DNA of 45,058 nucleotides from Promethearchaeota archaeon (GTDB taxonomy: Archaea; Asgardarchaeota; Hermodarchaeia; Hermodarchaeales; Hermodarchaeaceae). The stretch lies in contig JBHLMG010000017.1 of the NCBI GenBank assembly GCA_048938385.1, forward strand, positions 1-45,058, written 5' to 3'. How positions within the stretch are numbered: position 1 is the first letter of the stretch; the number at the start of each line of letters is the position of its first letter. Positions 10,252-20,001 of the stretch are shown one piece after another. A program made the position numbers and the translations under genes. The notes beneath the pieces were generated by a model that worked only from the letters and a program-made list of their open reading frames with translations, did not search any database and was not told the origin of the DNA.

Positions 10252-10707
10252 ATGCCTACACCTAAAGTGGGACAAAGAGCCCCAGATTTCACTGGAGTTA
10301 CTGATGAGGATATTAAATTGCATCTTGGTGACTTGGTAGGTAACATCGTGGTTTTGTACTTCTACCCCCGAGCCAACACGCCAGGCTGCACCAAAGAAGC
10401 CTGTTCATTTCGAGATAACATGATCCGCTTGGTCGGAATGGGCGTAAAGGTGATCGGAGTGAGTACTGATACGGTGAAACGCCAAGCCGGATTTAAAGTA
10501 AAGCATAACCTCAACTTTCCCCTCGTTGCTGATGCCGACAAAACCATCGTCAAACTGTATGGTGTTCAAAAAGCGGCGATCGGAATAGCAAAGCGTGTGA
10601 CCTTTCTAATTGACCGCGAAGGAATTATTCGCCATGTGTGGCCCCAAGTCAAAGTTTCAGGTCATGTTGACCAAATCATAACTAAAATTGAAGAGCTGGG
10701 GCTTTAG
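10252..10707 (+). CDS. bcp: peroxiredoxin (BCP/PrxQ)
   Basis: VVLYFYPRANTPGCTKEAC; RVTFLID. Confidence 0.92.
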   Translation: MPTPKVGQRAPDFTGVTDEDIKLHLGDLVGNIVVLYFYPRANTPGCTKEACSFRDNMIRLVGMGVKVIGVSTDTVKRQAGFKVKHNLNFPLVADADKTIVKLYGVQKAAIGIAKRVTFLIDREGIIRHVWPQVKVSGHVDQIITKIEELGL

Positions 10708-10720
10708 GTATAGTTCTCTG

Positions 10721-10978
10721 CTACTGAGCTTCCGAGGCTGGCGTGAGTTTCAGAGCATGGTTCGGACAGGTTTCTAAACACGCACCACAGCCGTTACAGA
10801 AGAACTGCATGGCTGGTGAAATCACAAATTTTGTTGGTGGTATACCTTCCTCACGCTCCGGGGCATACATGGCAAAAACCGCTTGTGGGCATACCTGGAG
10901 ACATCGAACACATTCATCGGGATGCTGACACTTTTCGTTACTCCATTCGATCTTGTAGTAATTCTTCACCTTTACCAC
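10721..10978 (-). CDS. 4Fe-4S dicluster ferredoxin
   Basis: C...CVRCLQVCP and CNGCGACLETCP. Confidence 0.85.
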   Translation of the reverse strand: MVKVKNYYKIEWSNEKCQHPDECVRCLQVCPQAVFAMYAPEREEGIPPTKFVISPAMQFFCNGCGACLETCPNHALKLTPASEAQ

Positions 10979-11832
10979 CAGTCCTTCAATGCAGGAAGCG
11001 ATTCCCGTTCGATAAGGGCAATTGCCCCTTCAGGACAGGTTTCTGCGCACAACCCACACCCATAGCATTTCCACATATCAATATTCGAACGCTCTGTTGA
11101 ATTCTGAAAAGTCACTGCACCAAACTGGCACCGGGACAAGCATTCTCTGCACCCAGTACATTTGTCTACATCGACTTTTGCAACCCAGTGACTCCTGATA
11201 ATGTACTTGAAGCCCATATCGACGCGAGGTCGAAGTGCAATGCAATAGGGAATTTCACAGTTACAAAGTGCCATTGCCATGGGGAGAGGCGTGCCCGCAA
11301 GGGTATGCACTCGTCCCTCTTGATTGAACTGGCGAGTAAGCGCGATGGCTTCATCAACACTAATGCGCTCTACCTTTTCACCCTTCGATGGAAACATTTC
11401 AGCTGTTTCGCCATGAAGCCCCAGAGGGATACAGCAGCGATCGTTAGCACCATTAATCATCTTTCGACAGAGACATTCCACACGATATGGTTCTCCAGAG
11501 AGTTTGATGACACCTTCGACTTCTTCCCGGGTGAGAACCTGAGCCCCATGGCCTTGGGGAAAAGTAAATGTCACATTCTTGTCGAGCGGGTGGATGTTAA
11601 ACACCATATCATCAATCATTTTCCGAACGCTATCGGCCATTGCAGGATTCGCCATGGCATCGCCAGCTTGCGCTGCAAGTTGAGCGTATTGTTTATGGAC
11701 ATACTGCCAATGGTCTTTTTCCCACGGTTCAAAGCCCATTTCTTTAGCAAATTTTACTTCGACATGGCGTTTAACTTCGAACCATTTCTTACCAGCACCA
11801 TGTGCAGTGCAGATTTTACACATCAATGTCAC
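10972..11832 (-). CDS. 4Fe-4S binding protein with C-terminal dicluster domain
   Basis: N-terminal CKICxxHG..KKW, CLCR, LCNC, CTGCRECLSRC, CYGCGLCAETCP. Confidence 0.82.
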   Translation of the reverse strand: MTLMCKICTAHGAGKKWFEVKRHVEVKFAKEMGFEPWEKDHWQYVHKQYAQLAAQAGDAMANPAMADSVRKMIDDMVFNIHPLDKNVTFTFPQGHGAQVLTREEVEGVIKLSGEPYRVECLCRKMINGANDRCCIPLGLHGETAEMFPSKGEKVERISVDEAIALTRQFNQEGRVHTLAGTPLPMAMALCNCEIPYCIALRPRVDMGFKYIIRSHWVAKVDVDKCTGCRECLSRCQFGAVTFQNSTERSNIDMWKCYGCGLCAETCPEGAIALIERESLPALKDWW

Positions 11833-11896
11833 CAGATATTAGAAACCCGGCTAACTGTGTTTTGTGCGCTTTTCTTTGTTACTCTGGTATCAAGGT

Positions 11897-12328
11897 TTAA
11901 CCCGCAGTTTGTAGCTTCTTGATGATCTGGAAGTGACTATCTTCGAGTTGATCAAAAATATCAGGAAAATCCTCCAGATACACGATTTGATTGCTCACTG
12001 TTGAATAGTAATTCGCAACAAGTTCTTCCATTGCTGAAGCGAGTTGAAGCAATTTCGTATCAGGACACCCCGGAGGGCATTCCGTCTTTGGTCGAAATTC
12101 CTCACTTTCGATTGGTGCCCCCTCCTCGTCAAGTAGGCTGGGGCTCAATTGCTGCTGGAACTCTATCAGAGAGTGAATTCGAGCCTGACCCTGAATCAAA
12201 AGCGTTTCAAAGAGGGCTTTGAGCTCTTCGCTAGTCGTGATGGTAATAGCCGTTTCATAGAATGCACTAGTCATTGCTTCAAGGTCGAGGGCAAACTGTA
12301 ACAGGGTACGGATACTGGAAAGCTTCAT
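11897..12328 (-). CDS. ferritin/rubrerythrin-like four-helix protein
   Basis: FALDLE....FY and A..ME.....YY helical repeats. Confidence 0.6.
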   Translation of the reverse strand: MKLSSIRTLLQFALDLEAMTSAFYETAITITTSEELKALFETLLIQGQARIHSLIEFQQQLSPSLLDEEGAPIESEEFRPKTECPPGCPDTKLLQLASAMEELVANYYSTVSNQIVYLEDFPDIFDQLEDSHFQIIKKLQTAG

Positions 12329-12435
12329 GGGAGTTAAGCAGTCCTGGTCGAATAAAGGCTTATCGAGTTAGCGACATTGTTTTTTCCCAAAGGTAAAAGA
12401 ACGGGAAATACAGGGTGAAGGTGGGTGTGTAGCTG

Positions 12436-13827
12436 ATGCCGAAGTTCGATGTGGTCATTCGCAACGGAACTATTGTAACAGAAAAAGAACCCTTGAAAGC
12501 TGATTTGGGTATCACGGGTGACAAAATTGTCGCGCTGGCTCAGCATCTCGAACCGAAAGATACAACGCGTGTTATTGATGCGCAAGATAAGTTTGTGTTA
12601 CCAGGAGGAATCGATGTCCATGTTCATCTTCAGCTTCCCGCCTATGGAACGGTTTCCACAGATGATTTTGAAAATGGAACGAAAGCCGCAGCAAGGGGAG
12701 GTATCACAACCGTCATCGACTTTTCCACGCAAGAAAGGGGGAGCTCCCTTATGGAATCTATCGAGGCTCGTCGAAAAGAAGCAGAAGGCAAAGTTTGCGT
12801 TGATTACAGTCTTCATGCATCCATTACTGACTGGAACCCCCAAACCCAAGCTGAAATTAAAGAGATTGTTAATTATGGAATTCCCAGCTTCAAGATGTTC
12901 ATGATCTATAAAGACAGAGGAATAATGGCCCATGACGGTATGCTCTTCAGCGCGCTCGAAGAAACCAAAAAAGTCGGTGGCACCATCATGGTGCATGCTG
13001 AAAACTACGATGTCATTGAGACCCTGAAAACCCGTTACGCAACAGAGCTAGAGAAATGGGGGGCGTATGCGCACACGCTGAGTCGCCCTTACTATACCGA
13101 ATCCGAAGCCGTATCCCGCGCCATAAAATGGGCAGAAGTAACAGGCGGTCAGCTTTACATCGTGCACATGTCCGCAGGAGAAAGCGCTGACTATGTTAAA
13201 ATGGCTCGTACAAATGGAGTCCGCGTTTTTGCAGAAACTTGTCCGCAATACCTCCTTCTCAACGATGAAGTGTTCAAAGGCGAATATGGACACTATTATG
13301 CGACTTGCCCCCAGGTGAAAAAAGAGACGGATAACATGCGTCTATGGCAGGCTGTGAAAGAAGGAGTCATCCAAATCTTAGCTTCGGATACCTGTACCTT
13401 CAACACTCAACAGAAGGACCAGTGGAATGGCGATTTCCGGCAAATCCCCTTCGGTCTCCCCGGGGTTGAGACGCTTCTACCCCTCCTGTATACAGAAGGG
13501 GTAGGAAGGCATAAGATTTCACTGAACCACCTTGTCTCCCTGATAAGTACCAATCCTGCGAAACTCTTTGGCATGTATCCACAAAAGGGCACACTTGCCG
13601 TGGGCAGTGATGCGGATGTAATAATCTTCAACCCCCATCGGAAAATCACTCTCCATTCCCACAATTTACAAACAAATTGCGATTGGAGCCCTTACGAGGG
13701 ATGGAATCTACAAGGGTATCCTGAAACCACGATTCTCCGGGGACAAGTTATCGTTGAGAATTATCAATTCGTTGGCCAAGAAGGATTTGGTAAATTTCTA
13801 CACCGAAAACCCCATGGATCCTTATAG
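12436..13827 (+). CDS. hydA: dihydropyrimidinase/D-hydantoinase
   Basis: PGGIDVHVH, GGITTVIDF, SFKMFM, MVHAEN, YIVHMS, ETCPQYL, GSDAD. Confidence 0.92.
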   Translation: MPKFDVVIRNGTIVTEKEPLKADLGITGDKIVALAQHLEPKDTTRVIDAQDKFVLPGGIDVHVHLQLPAYGTVSTDDFENGTKAAARGGITTVIDFSTQERGSSLMESIEARRKEAEGKVCVDYSLHASITDWNPQTQAEIKEIVNYGIPSFKMFMIYKDRGIMAHDGMLFSALEETKKVGGTIMVHAENYDVIETLKTRYATELEKWGAYAHTLSRPYYTESEAVSRAIKWAEVTGGQLYIVHMSAGESADYVKMARTNGVRVFAETCPQYLLLNDEVFKGEYGHYYATCPQVKKETDNMRLWQAVKEGVIQILASDTCTFNTQQKDQWNGDFRQIPFGLPGVETLLPLLYTEGVGRHKISLNHLVSLISTNPAKLFGMYPQKGTLAVGSDADVIIFNPHRKITLHSHNLQTNCDWSPYEGWNLQGYPETTILRGQVIVENYQFVGQEGFGKFLHRKPHGSL

Positions 13828-13841
13828 AAAAGCATCAGAAA

Positions 13842-14291
13842 TCACGATTCTGAACTTTCCTGTAGGATCACCTCTTCCTGCGCGGGTGTTTCAATCGAAC
13901 CTGAACGAAGGCTTCGAATTGTGGCAATTGCCTTTTTGGCATCCATTCCCTTTTCTCGTACCAGATATAAAGCAAGAATCATTCCCGTTCGTCCTAGCCC
14001 TCCTTTACAATGCACGAGGGTCGGCGCTGAGTGAGTCAAAGAACGCTGAATGGCGACCAACACCTTGTTTCGCTGTTCACGGGTTCCCGTTTCAAAATCC
14101 TTGATTGGCACTAACATCACTTTTATTCCCAACTGTTCAGCTTGTTGCAGGTCTTCTGGGCTTAACGGATGGAGAGAGACAATAGAACGGATACCCATTT
14201 CTTGAGACAACCACTCTAGACAAGGACCTGGATAAGCGGAACCCGCAAGCCGATCAGGATACAACCAATAAAACTGACAAGTATCTCGCAT
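13842..14291 (-). CDS. dual-specificity protein phosphatase
   Basis: HCKGGLGRTG CX5R loop; IR..R.GSIET..Q. Confidence 0.88.
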   Translation of the reverse strand: MRDTCQFYWLYPDRLAGSAYPGPCLEWLSQEMGIRSIVSLHPLSPEDLQQAEQLGIKVMLVPIKDFETGTREQRNKVLVAIQRSLTHSAPTLVHCKGGLGRTGMILALYLVREKGMDAKKAIATIRSLRSGSIETPAQEEVILQESSES

Positions 14292-14391
14292 TGCAATTCT
14301 CAGTTTGAAAATACAGGAAATAACAGTGGATAAGCTTTTAGTTGAAAAGAAGCCCTCTGAAAAGCAGTGTGTGTTACTCTTCCAGATGTGA

Positions 14392-15198
14392 ATGATATTG
14401 GTTACAGTTGCTTTGATGGAAGTGGGGCAAAATGTATCGAAGTCATTTGCCGAAGCATTGGATTTGATTGGAGGCATTTCAGACCTCAATGTCTATGATC
14501 GGGAAGTACTCGTTAAGGTAGGCGTATTTGCTCCGAAGCAAAAGCAGTACACCACCATTCCTATAGCGAAAGCAATAATTGATGGTTTTGATTTAGCCCC
14601 AAAGCTCTGGTTCATTGAATCAGATAATTACCGTGGTTCAGGCTTAGAGCGCTTAGAAATTTGGCATGAGCTCTACTCAGAAAGAGTGGTTCCGCATAAC
14701 CTTTCAGCCGACACCGAGACGCAAACAGTGACCATTTGCGATGAGGAGATGGAGCTATCACACTTGCTTTTCGAAAATCGCGTGTTAGTGAGCACGCACA
14801 CTTTGCGCTACTATGAGAAAGGGTCAGTGATGAAGAACCTCTTTGGTCTTCTACCCATGATTCAGAAGGCTCGATTTCACAAGAACCTCGAACCCATTAT
14901 CCTCGATGTGTTAGAGGTAGTAGGAGGTATCGACTTTGCTGTATTAGATGGTACCTTCGCCTACCCTGGACCCGGTGCAAGAATAAAAACACGACTACCT
15001 GCGAATGTGTTTCTCGTTGGCCGAGATGCTGTGGCTGTTGATGCCGTCGGAGCGGCGTTAATGGGATTGAATCCCGAGGAGATGCCAATTATCCAGATGG
15101 CGATGGAACGCGGACTGGGACAAGGGGATCTTGAACAGATCGATATCGTGGGACTCGACTTTGATGTAATAAAAGAGAAGCTGAAAAAGGAGAGCTAG
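14392..15198 (+). CDS. DUF362 domain protein
   Basis: VLVKV, KNLFG.LP...K..FH, DAVAVDAVGA.LMG..P. Confidence 0.75.
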   Translation: MILVTVALMEVGQNVSKSFAEALDLIGGISDLNVYDREVLVKVGVFAPKQKQYTTIPIAKAIIDGFDLAPKLWFIESDNYRGSGLERLEIWHELYSERVVPHNLSADTETQTVTICDEEMELSHLLFENRVLVSTHTLRYYEKGSVMKNLFGLLPMIQKARFHKNLEPIILDVLEVVGGIDFAVLDGTFAYPGPGARIKTRLPANVFLVGRDAVAVDAVGAALMGLNPEEMPIIQMAMERGLGQGDLEQIDIVGLDFDVIKEKLKKES

Positions 15199-15204
15199 CG
15201 TAAT

Positions 15205-16347
15205 CTAACCTGTTAGAGAACCCCTGAGTTTATCGAAGGTATCAAGGATTCGTGGATGCCATTCACGAAACAGATTGAGGCGTTGTTGATCTGCGAGTAG
15301 AAATTTCTCGACTGCCGGGGATTGTAGGATCTGATTGAGAAACAAGGCGTTGTTCAGGTAGGGAATGGCGGCTTCAGTAGTAGCCTGCCAGATGGTTAGC
15401 GCTTCTTCGGCTTGTTGCAGTGCTAAAGGCAGTGTATCCATCGGAAGAACATCAGGGAGCAACTCGTCAACTGATTGCGCAGGATTTAATCCCACAGTGA
15501 GGAGAACATGCTCAGTTGGCATCTCTTCAGGGAGAACGGCGAACAAGAGCGTGTTTTGCTCTTGAAGTAACACAGAGTACATTTGTGACCGTAACTTTAC
15601 GAACTCCTGAAGTTGTTCTATGCCTTCTATCAACTGAGTAATGATTTTTTCACTATTTCTCACTGTTTGGGGGGAATAGGGTGTAATCGCAGAAGAACTT
15701 GTAAGTAGCATGGGCATTACGGAAGCAGCTTGAATAATTGTGTCAAGGTAGCGCGCAAACTCCTGTAAGGTCTCCTTCGGAGTTCCACTAGTGTCAATCT
15801 CTTGAAGAATCGCCGAAATCGGCAAGAATAGGTCTCTACGCAGATGTTCTTGCCAGTTTTGCACAATATGCTTTGCGTTTTGAAAGAACGGGCCCTGAAA
15901 AGCGTCAGCCATATGGATAATTTCTCTCGCATCGTGTAACAACTGGTTTGAGGCGGCCATAAGTCGATCTAGCTCTTGTGCTGTGTCTTCCAACACCCAG
16001 CGAAGGTACTTCTGGTCAAAATCTTTGGAAGGAAGAATTTGCGAAGCAGGGACTAAGAGGTTTTGTATTTGCTCGATTTCGTTGGGTGTTGCTCCAAGGT
16101 TCTTGGTTAAACCAACTGTATGTTCTTCCCATTTTGCGACGAGTTCTAAATAGTCTTGGAGCACTAGTAGTCCGTGCAGAAGTTTCTGAAGCCATTCAGT
16201 TTCCAATTTAATAGTTGTGTCAGGCTCTTGTAAAATCGCTCTGAGTTGATTGGTATCGTAAATTCCTGAATCTACTTGGACAAACCCGTGGATGAAGTCG
16301 CGCACCGTATCGGCATGTTCGACGAAGGCTTGACGAAGAGATTTCAT
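15205..16347 (-). CDS. hypothetical alpha-helical protein
   Basis: 380-aa open frame rich in L/Q/E; no recognised motif. Confidence 0.6.
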   Translation of the reverse strand: MKSLRQAFVEHADTVRDFIHGFVQVDSGIYDTNQLRAILQEPDTTIKLETEWLQKLLHGLLVLQDYLELVAKWEEHTVGLTKNLGATPNEIEQIQNLLVPASQILPSKDFDQKYLRWVLEDTAQELDRLMAASNQLLHDAREIIHMADAFQGPFFQNAKHIVQNWQEHLRRDLFLPISAILQEIDTSGTPKETLQEFARYLDTIIQAASVMPMLLTSSSAITPYSPQTVRNSEKIITQLIEGIEQLQEFVKLRSQMYSVLLQEQNTLLFAVLPEEMPTEHVLLTVGLNPAQSVDELLPDVLPMDTLPLALQQAEEALTIWQATTEAAIPYLNNALFLNQILQSPAVEKFLLADQQRLNLFREWHPRILDTFDKLRGSLTG

Positions 16348-16541
16348 TACAGAAGGCTTAGCCGAACATGGTAAAGAGGTTTCGGCGTAAAAATAAATTC
16401 GTCATTTGTCTTATGAAAAAATTAGTTTTGAGCCTTATGCTATCGTGTACAGATTTTTGCGCGGATTTCTGAGGGGTTTTTGTTCTCTATTGCAGCAAGG
16501 TTTTTGTGAAATCTATTACTTCAACTGATAAGGAGTTACCA

Positions 16542-17843
16542 GTGAAGAAAGAAAAACCACCCGGTCTCCGACCAAGCGTGGAAGAGGTTTTTAAAGCGGT
16601 AGAAGAAAAACGCGACCGATTAATTACCCTCCTCCAGGACCTAATTCGCATCCCCACCATCGTTCCCCCCGGGAATAATTACGAAAACATCATCGAGTAC
16701 CTTGAACCCCTTTTCCAGAACCTCAAGTTCTCTACTAACCGTGTAATCGTTCCAGCTGAACACATTAAGAAAATTCCCCTACCCTTGGAGGGTCCACGAA
16801 TCAACCTAGTTGCCAGTCGAAATTACGAAAAAGGCCACACAGCGACGATCTATGCGCATACGGATATAGTTCCCATCGAAGAACCGTGGACCAAAAAGCC
16901 CTTTGATCCCGTTCTGGAAAATGGGAAACTCTATGGCCGGGGAGCTATCGATATGAAATGCGGTATCGCAGGAATGCTTGTAGCCCTCGAAGTCATCGAC
17001 GCGTTGGGACTGGAACCCCATTTTGACATCACCTGTACCCTCTGCACCGATGAAGAGATCTGCGTCTACCCAGGCATTTACCACCTAGCAAAAGAAGGAT
17101 ATGTTACAGGGCATGTCATCAATACCGAGTTAGGAGCCCAAAATCCTCTAATCATCGCAGGGATAGCTGGAGCTGTTGATGTTAGCATTCGTACCAAAGG
17201 ACGAAGTTGCCATTCGGGGATGAATTTCATGGGGATCAATGCCGTCGAAGCGATGATCCCCCTCCTCAATGAACTCTATGCCCTCAAAGAAGAAGTAGAG
17301 CAGCGCGAGTCTTCTATACCCATCGTTCCGCTTCTCAAAGCCTTCGGAGCCCCTTCCGACCATGTCACACCGATGTTTAACATCGATATCATCAAAGGCG
17401 GAGTGAAGAGCAACATAGTCCCTGCAGAATGTGAGGTGGTGATTAACCGCCGTTACATTCCTGAAGAATCCTATGAACAAGTAGTGAAAGAGATTCAAGA
17501 TGCTGTTGATCGCGGGAAAGCCCAAAGCAAAGCCCTCGATGTGGAAGTCACATTTCTCCACTTAGCACCACCATTCACAGCAGACATCACGAGCAGATTC
17601 GCAAAGAAAATGAAAGAAGCCCTCAAAGCCGTCCATGGCTATGACGACAGCGAGTTCGTCCTAGGTGGTGCTGCCGCCTCAACCGACATGGGGTTCATTC
17701 CCCTCGGGTGCAATGTCAAGCACATCATCGGACTCGGCGCGGCAACGATTGACAACACTTCTGCGCATAAACCCGATGAGTGGGTCAGCATCGACTCTCT
17801 GGTAAACATGACTAAGCAATTAGTCCACTACTTAGCCCTTTAA
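16542..17843 (+). CDS. M20 family metallopeptidase (ArgE/DapE-like)
   Basis: AHTDIVP, YGRGAIDMK, TDEE, SNIVP, AHKPDEW. Confidence 0.9.
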   Translation: MKKEKPPGLRPSVEEVFKAVEEKRDRLITLLQDLIRIPTIVPPGNNYENIIEYLEPLFQNLKFSTNRVIVPAEHIKKIPLPLEGPRINLVASRNYEKGHTATIYAHTDIVPIEEPWTKKPFDPVLENGKLYGRGAIDMKCGIAGMLVALEVIDALGLEPHFDITCTLCTDEEICVYPGIYHLAKEGYVTGHVINTELGAQNPLIIAGIAGAVDVSIRTKGRSCHSGMNFMGINAVEAMIPLLNELYALKEEVEQRESSIPIVPLLKAFGAPSDHVTPMFNIDIIKGGVKSNIVPAECEVVINRRYIPEESYEQVVKEIQDAVDRGKAQSKALDVEVTFLHLAPPFTADITSRFAKKMKEALKAVHGYDDSEFVLGGAAASTDMGFIPLGCNVKHIIGLGAATIDNTSAHKPDEWVSIDSLVNMTKQLVHYLAL

Positions 17844-17960
17844 CCCGAATATCGTGTCAGATTCGACCGTTTACACCAGGTTAGTTTATATCCCACAAAA
17901 AACGGATTTTCACATCCAAGAACTTATTTGCGTAGACGCCGCAACACCGAAAGGATGTAA

Positions 17961-18854
17961 ATGGTACAGGACTACCTTGAACCCATAACAGAGCAGATCT
18001 TTCTGGTTCACGGTGAAAACCAGGGTCGGTTTCCACGAGCCCACGCAGTTCTTATCAACGCTGAGAAGGTTGTATTAATTGATACGGGGTGCGGCATTAG
18101 ACGACTTCAGGCTGTGCAAAAGGAATTCGCCGTCAGCTCTGTCATCAATTCTCACACGCACATTGACCATGCTGCAGGGAATTGGGTCTTCCATGGAAAG
18201 CCCATTCTCGTGCCTGCGGAGGCCTTCAACTCGGCAGGGAATCTTGACCGATTATCCCGTCGATTTGTGAGCGAAGAACTTGCACCTGTGTGGCAGCGAT
18301 TTGCTCAATTAGAGCTTGGGTTTCAGGACTGTCCTCCTACAGGAATGTACAATGAGAACACCGAATTTCGATTTGGTGATGTTGTCTTGACTCCCGTTTA
18401 CACTCCTGGCCATACCCTAGATCATTATTGCCTTTATTTCGCAGCAAAACGCATTCTGTTTACTTTTGATTACGACCTGACAAAATTTCCGTGGTACGGT
18501 CATAAAGAATCGGGCCTGGCAGAATTTCGACGCTCAATCGCGAGATTAGAAGCCCTGCCTACAGATGTAGTTGTATCCGCGCATAGGGGAATCATCAGGG
18601 AGAATATCCGAGCCGAGTGGGAGGCTTTTCGGCAGCGACTTGACGATAGGAATCATCGAATCCTAGCGCTCCTCGATTCTCCCAAAACATTGGAGCAACT
18701 CGTTCAAGCCGCTCCTATTTACCGGAGATTTCCCTATCAAGAGCAGTTGCTTCGTTTTTGGGAAGGTATTATGATTCAGCATCATCTTCAGGAGTTAGAA
18801 GCAGCAGGGAAAGTCAGTCGGCAGAAGACCAAAATTATTCGCGTGAAAAAGTAG
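17961..18854 (+). CDS. MBL-fold metallo-hydrolase
   Basis: LIDTG, SHTHIDH, TPGHT, SAH. Confidence 0.9.
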   Translation: MVQDYLEPITEQIFLVHGENQGRFPRAHAVLINAEKVVLIDTGCGIRRLQAVQKEFAVSSVINSHTHIDHAAGNWVFHGKPILVPAEAFNSAGNLDRLSRRFVSEELAPVWQRFAQLELGFQDCPPTGMYNENTEFRFGDVVLTPVYTPGHTLDHYCLYFAAKRILFTFDYDLTKFPWYGHKESGLAEFRRSIARLEALPTDVVVSAHRGIIRENIRAEWEAFRQRLDDRNHRILALLDSPKTLEQLVQAAPIYRRFPYQEQLLRFWEGIMIQHHLQELEAAGKVSRQKTKIIRVKK

Positions 18855-18859
18855 TTGAG

Positions 18860-18878
18860 GGGAGGTAATACCTCCCCT
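18860..18878. terminator. inverted repeat GGGGAGGTA-a-TACCTCCCC
   Basis: perfect inverted repeat between convergent genes; same GGGAGG/CCTCCC core as the island hairpins. Confidence 0.6.
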
Positions 18879-18913
18879 CCAATTGTCCGAAACCGAAGGC
18901 CTGAATTATCGAC

Positions 18914-19150
18914 TCATTTAGGTGCCGTAGTGATGTGGATATCGACTTGCGGAAGCCCATCCCAACCCATGAAATAGTATTCAAACCATGGGTAATCTGC
19001 GGTTATTTCGATGTCACCGGCACCTGGACCCGCGGCAGGTTCCAGAACAGGTGGTCGTGCGGTGACTCCTCCAAAGGGCAATAGCACCACTAGTAAAAAG
19101 AGACCCAGTGCGACTCCGAACAAGGTAATTTTTCGTTTAGTCCATTTCAT
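18914..19150 (-). CDS. short secreted protein, possibly an internally deleted surface-protein gene
   Basis: MKWTKRK plus hydrophobic signal peptide; ends TAPK* like STPK*/TQPK* of the PGF-anchored proteins. Confidence 0.5.
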   Translation of the reverse strand: MKWTKRKITLFGVALGLFLLVVLLPFGGVTARPPVLEPAAGPGAGDIEITADYPWFEYYFMGWDGLPQVDIHITTAPK

Positions 19151-19371
19151 TTCCTTATCCCTCCAGTGGATTGCAGCCATTTTCCGGCTACAATCACCGT
19201 GTCGGTGAATTAACTACCTCACAATTAGATAAGAATCAACGGGAGCTAAGGTGTGCAAAAAGACGCACAAATTCGGAACGGAGCGTAAAATATTGCACCA
19301 GCTGGGTAAAAAATCCGCCATCCAATGATAGGGGCTTTTGACATCGAATGAGTTAGAGGTAAACCGCTCGT

Positions 19372-19920
19372 TCAGAGGCTGTTTATTTGATAGAGGAAAA
19401 GGGGAATAGTCTCATCAACCTTTATTGGTTGCCACCCTTCGAAGGTCCATTGATTTGATACAATTCGTGTTTCAGGACGCAGCTCTTGAAGAAATTTGGG
19501 TTTGATTTTCTGATTCACTCGTTGACTTTGAAAGATTGTGATTACCGTCGCCTCGGAAAGGTTTTGCTTGAAAAAGTTCCCGTGGATGAGGCGCACTTTA
19601 TGGTCAAGTCCCATTCGTTCAATCTTCCGTTTTGTCCGATAGAACCGAATTGGATCAGCTTCGATACCCACAGCTTTAGCACCGTACTTCTTAGCAGCCA
19701 TAAAAAGGACACGACCATCACCTGAACCAAGATCGTAGAGGATGTCATTCGGCGTTACTTCAGCAATTTCGAGCATTCTCCGAACGACAGCGTCGGATGA
19801 AGGCTGGTACATTGCACCAATAACTATAGGCCAGACAAAATAGGCTAGAATTCCTGCAACGATGAGTAAGAAACCGATTATCGAAAAACCAAGAACCAAC
19901 CATACATCCATTAGAACCAC
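19372..19920 (-). CDS. membrane-anchored class I SAM methyltransferase (protein-lysine MT/FAM173-like)
   Basis: N-terminal TM helix; YDLGSGDGRV; GIEADP. Confidence 0.85.
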   Translation of the reverse strand: MVLMDVWLVLGFSIIGFLLIVAGILAYFVWPIVIGAMYQPSSDAVVRRMLEIAEVTPNDILYDLGSGDGRVLFMAAKKYGAKAVGIEADPIRFYRTKRKIERMGLDHKVRLIHGNFFKQNLSEATVITIFQSQRVNQKIKPKFLQELRPETRIVSNQWTFEGWQPIKVDETIPLFLYQINSL

Positions 19921-20001
19921 GGGGTCTCATAATTCTACGAGCTTTATAAAATAGTCACTCCTGATAATTCCCGCCGTTGTTTGCCGTCCCCGTACCTAGT
20001 C

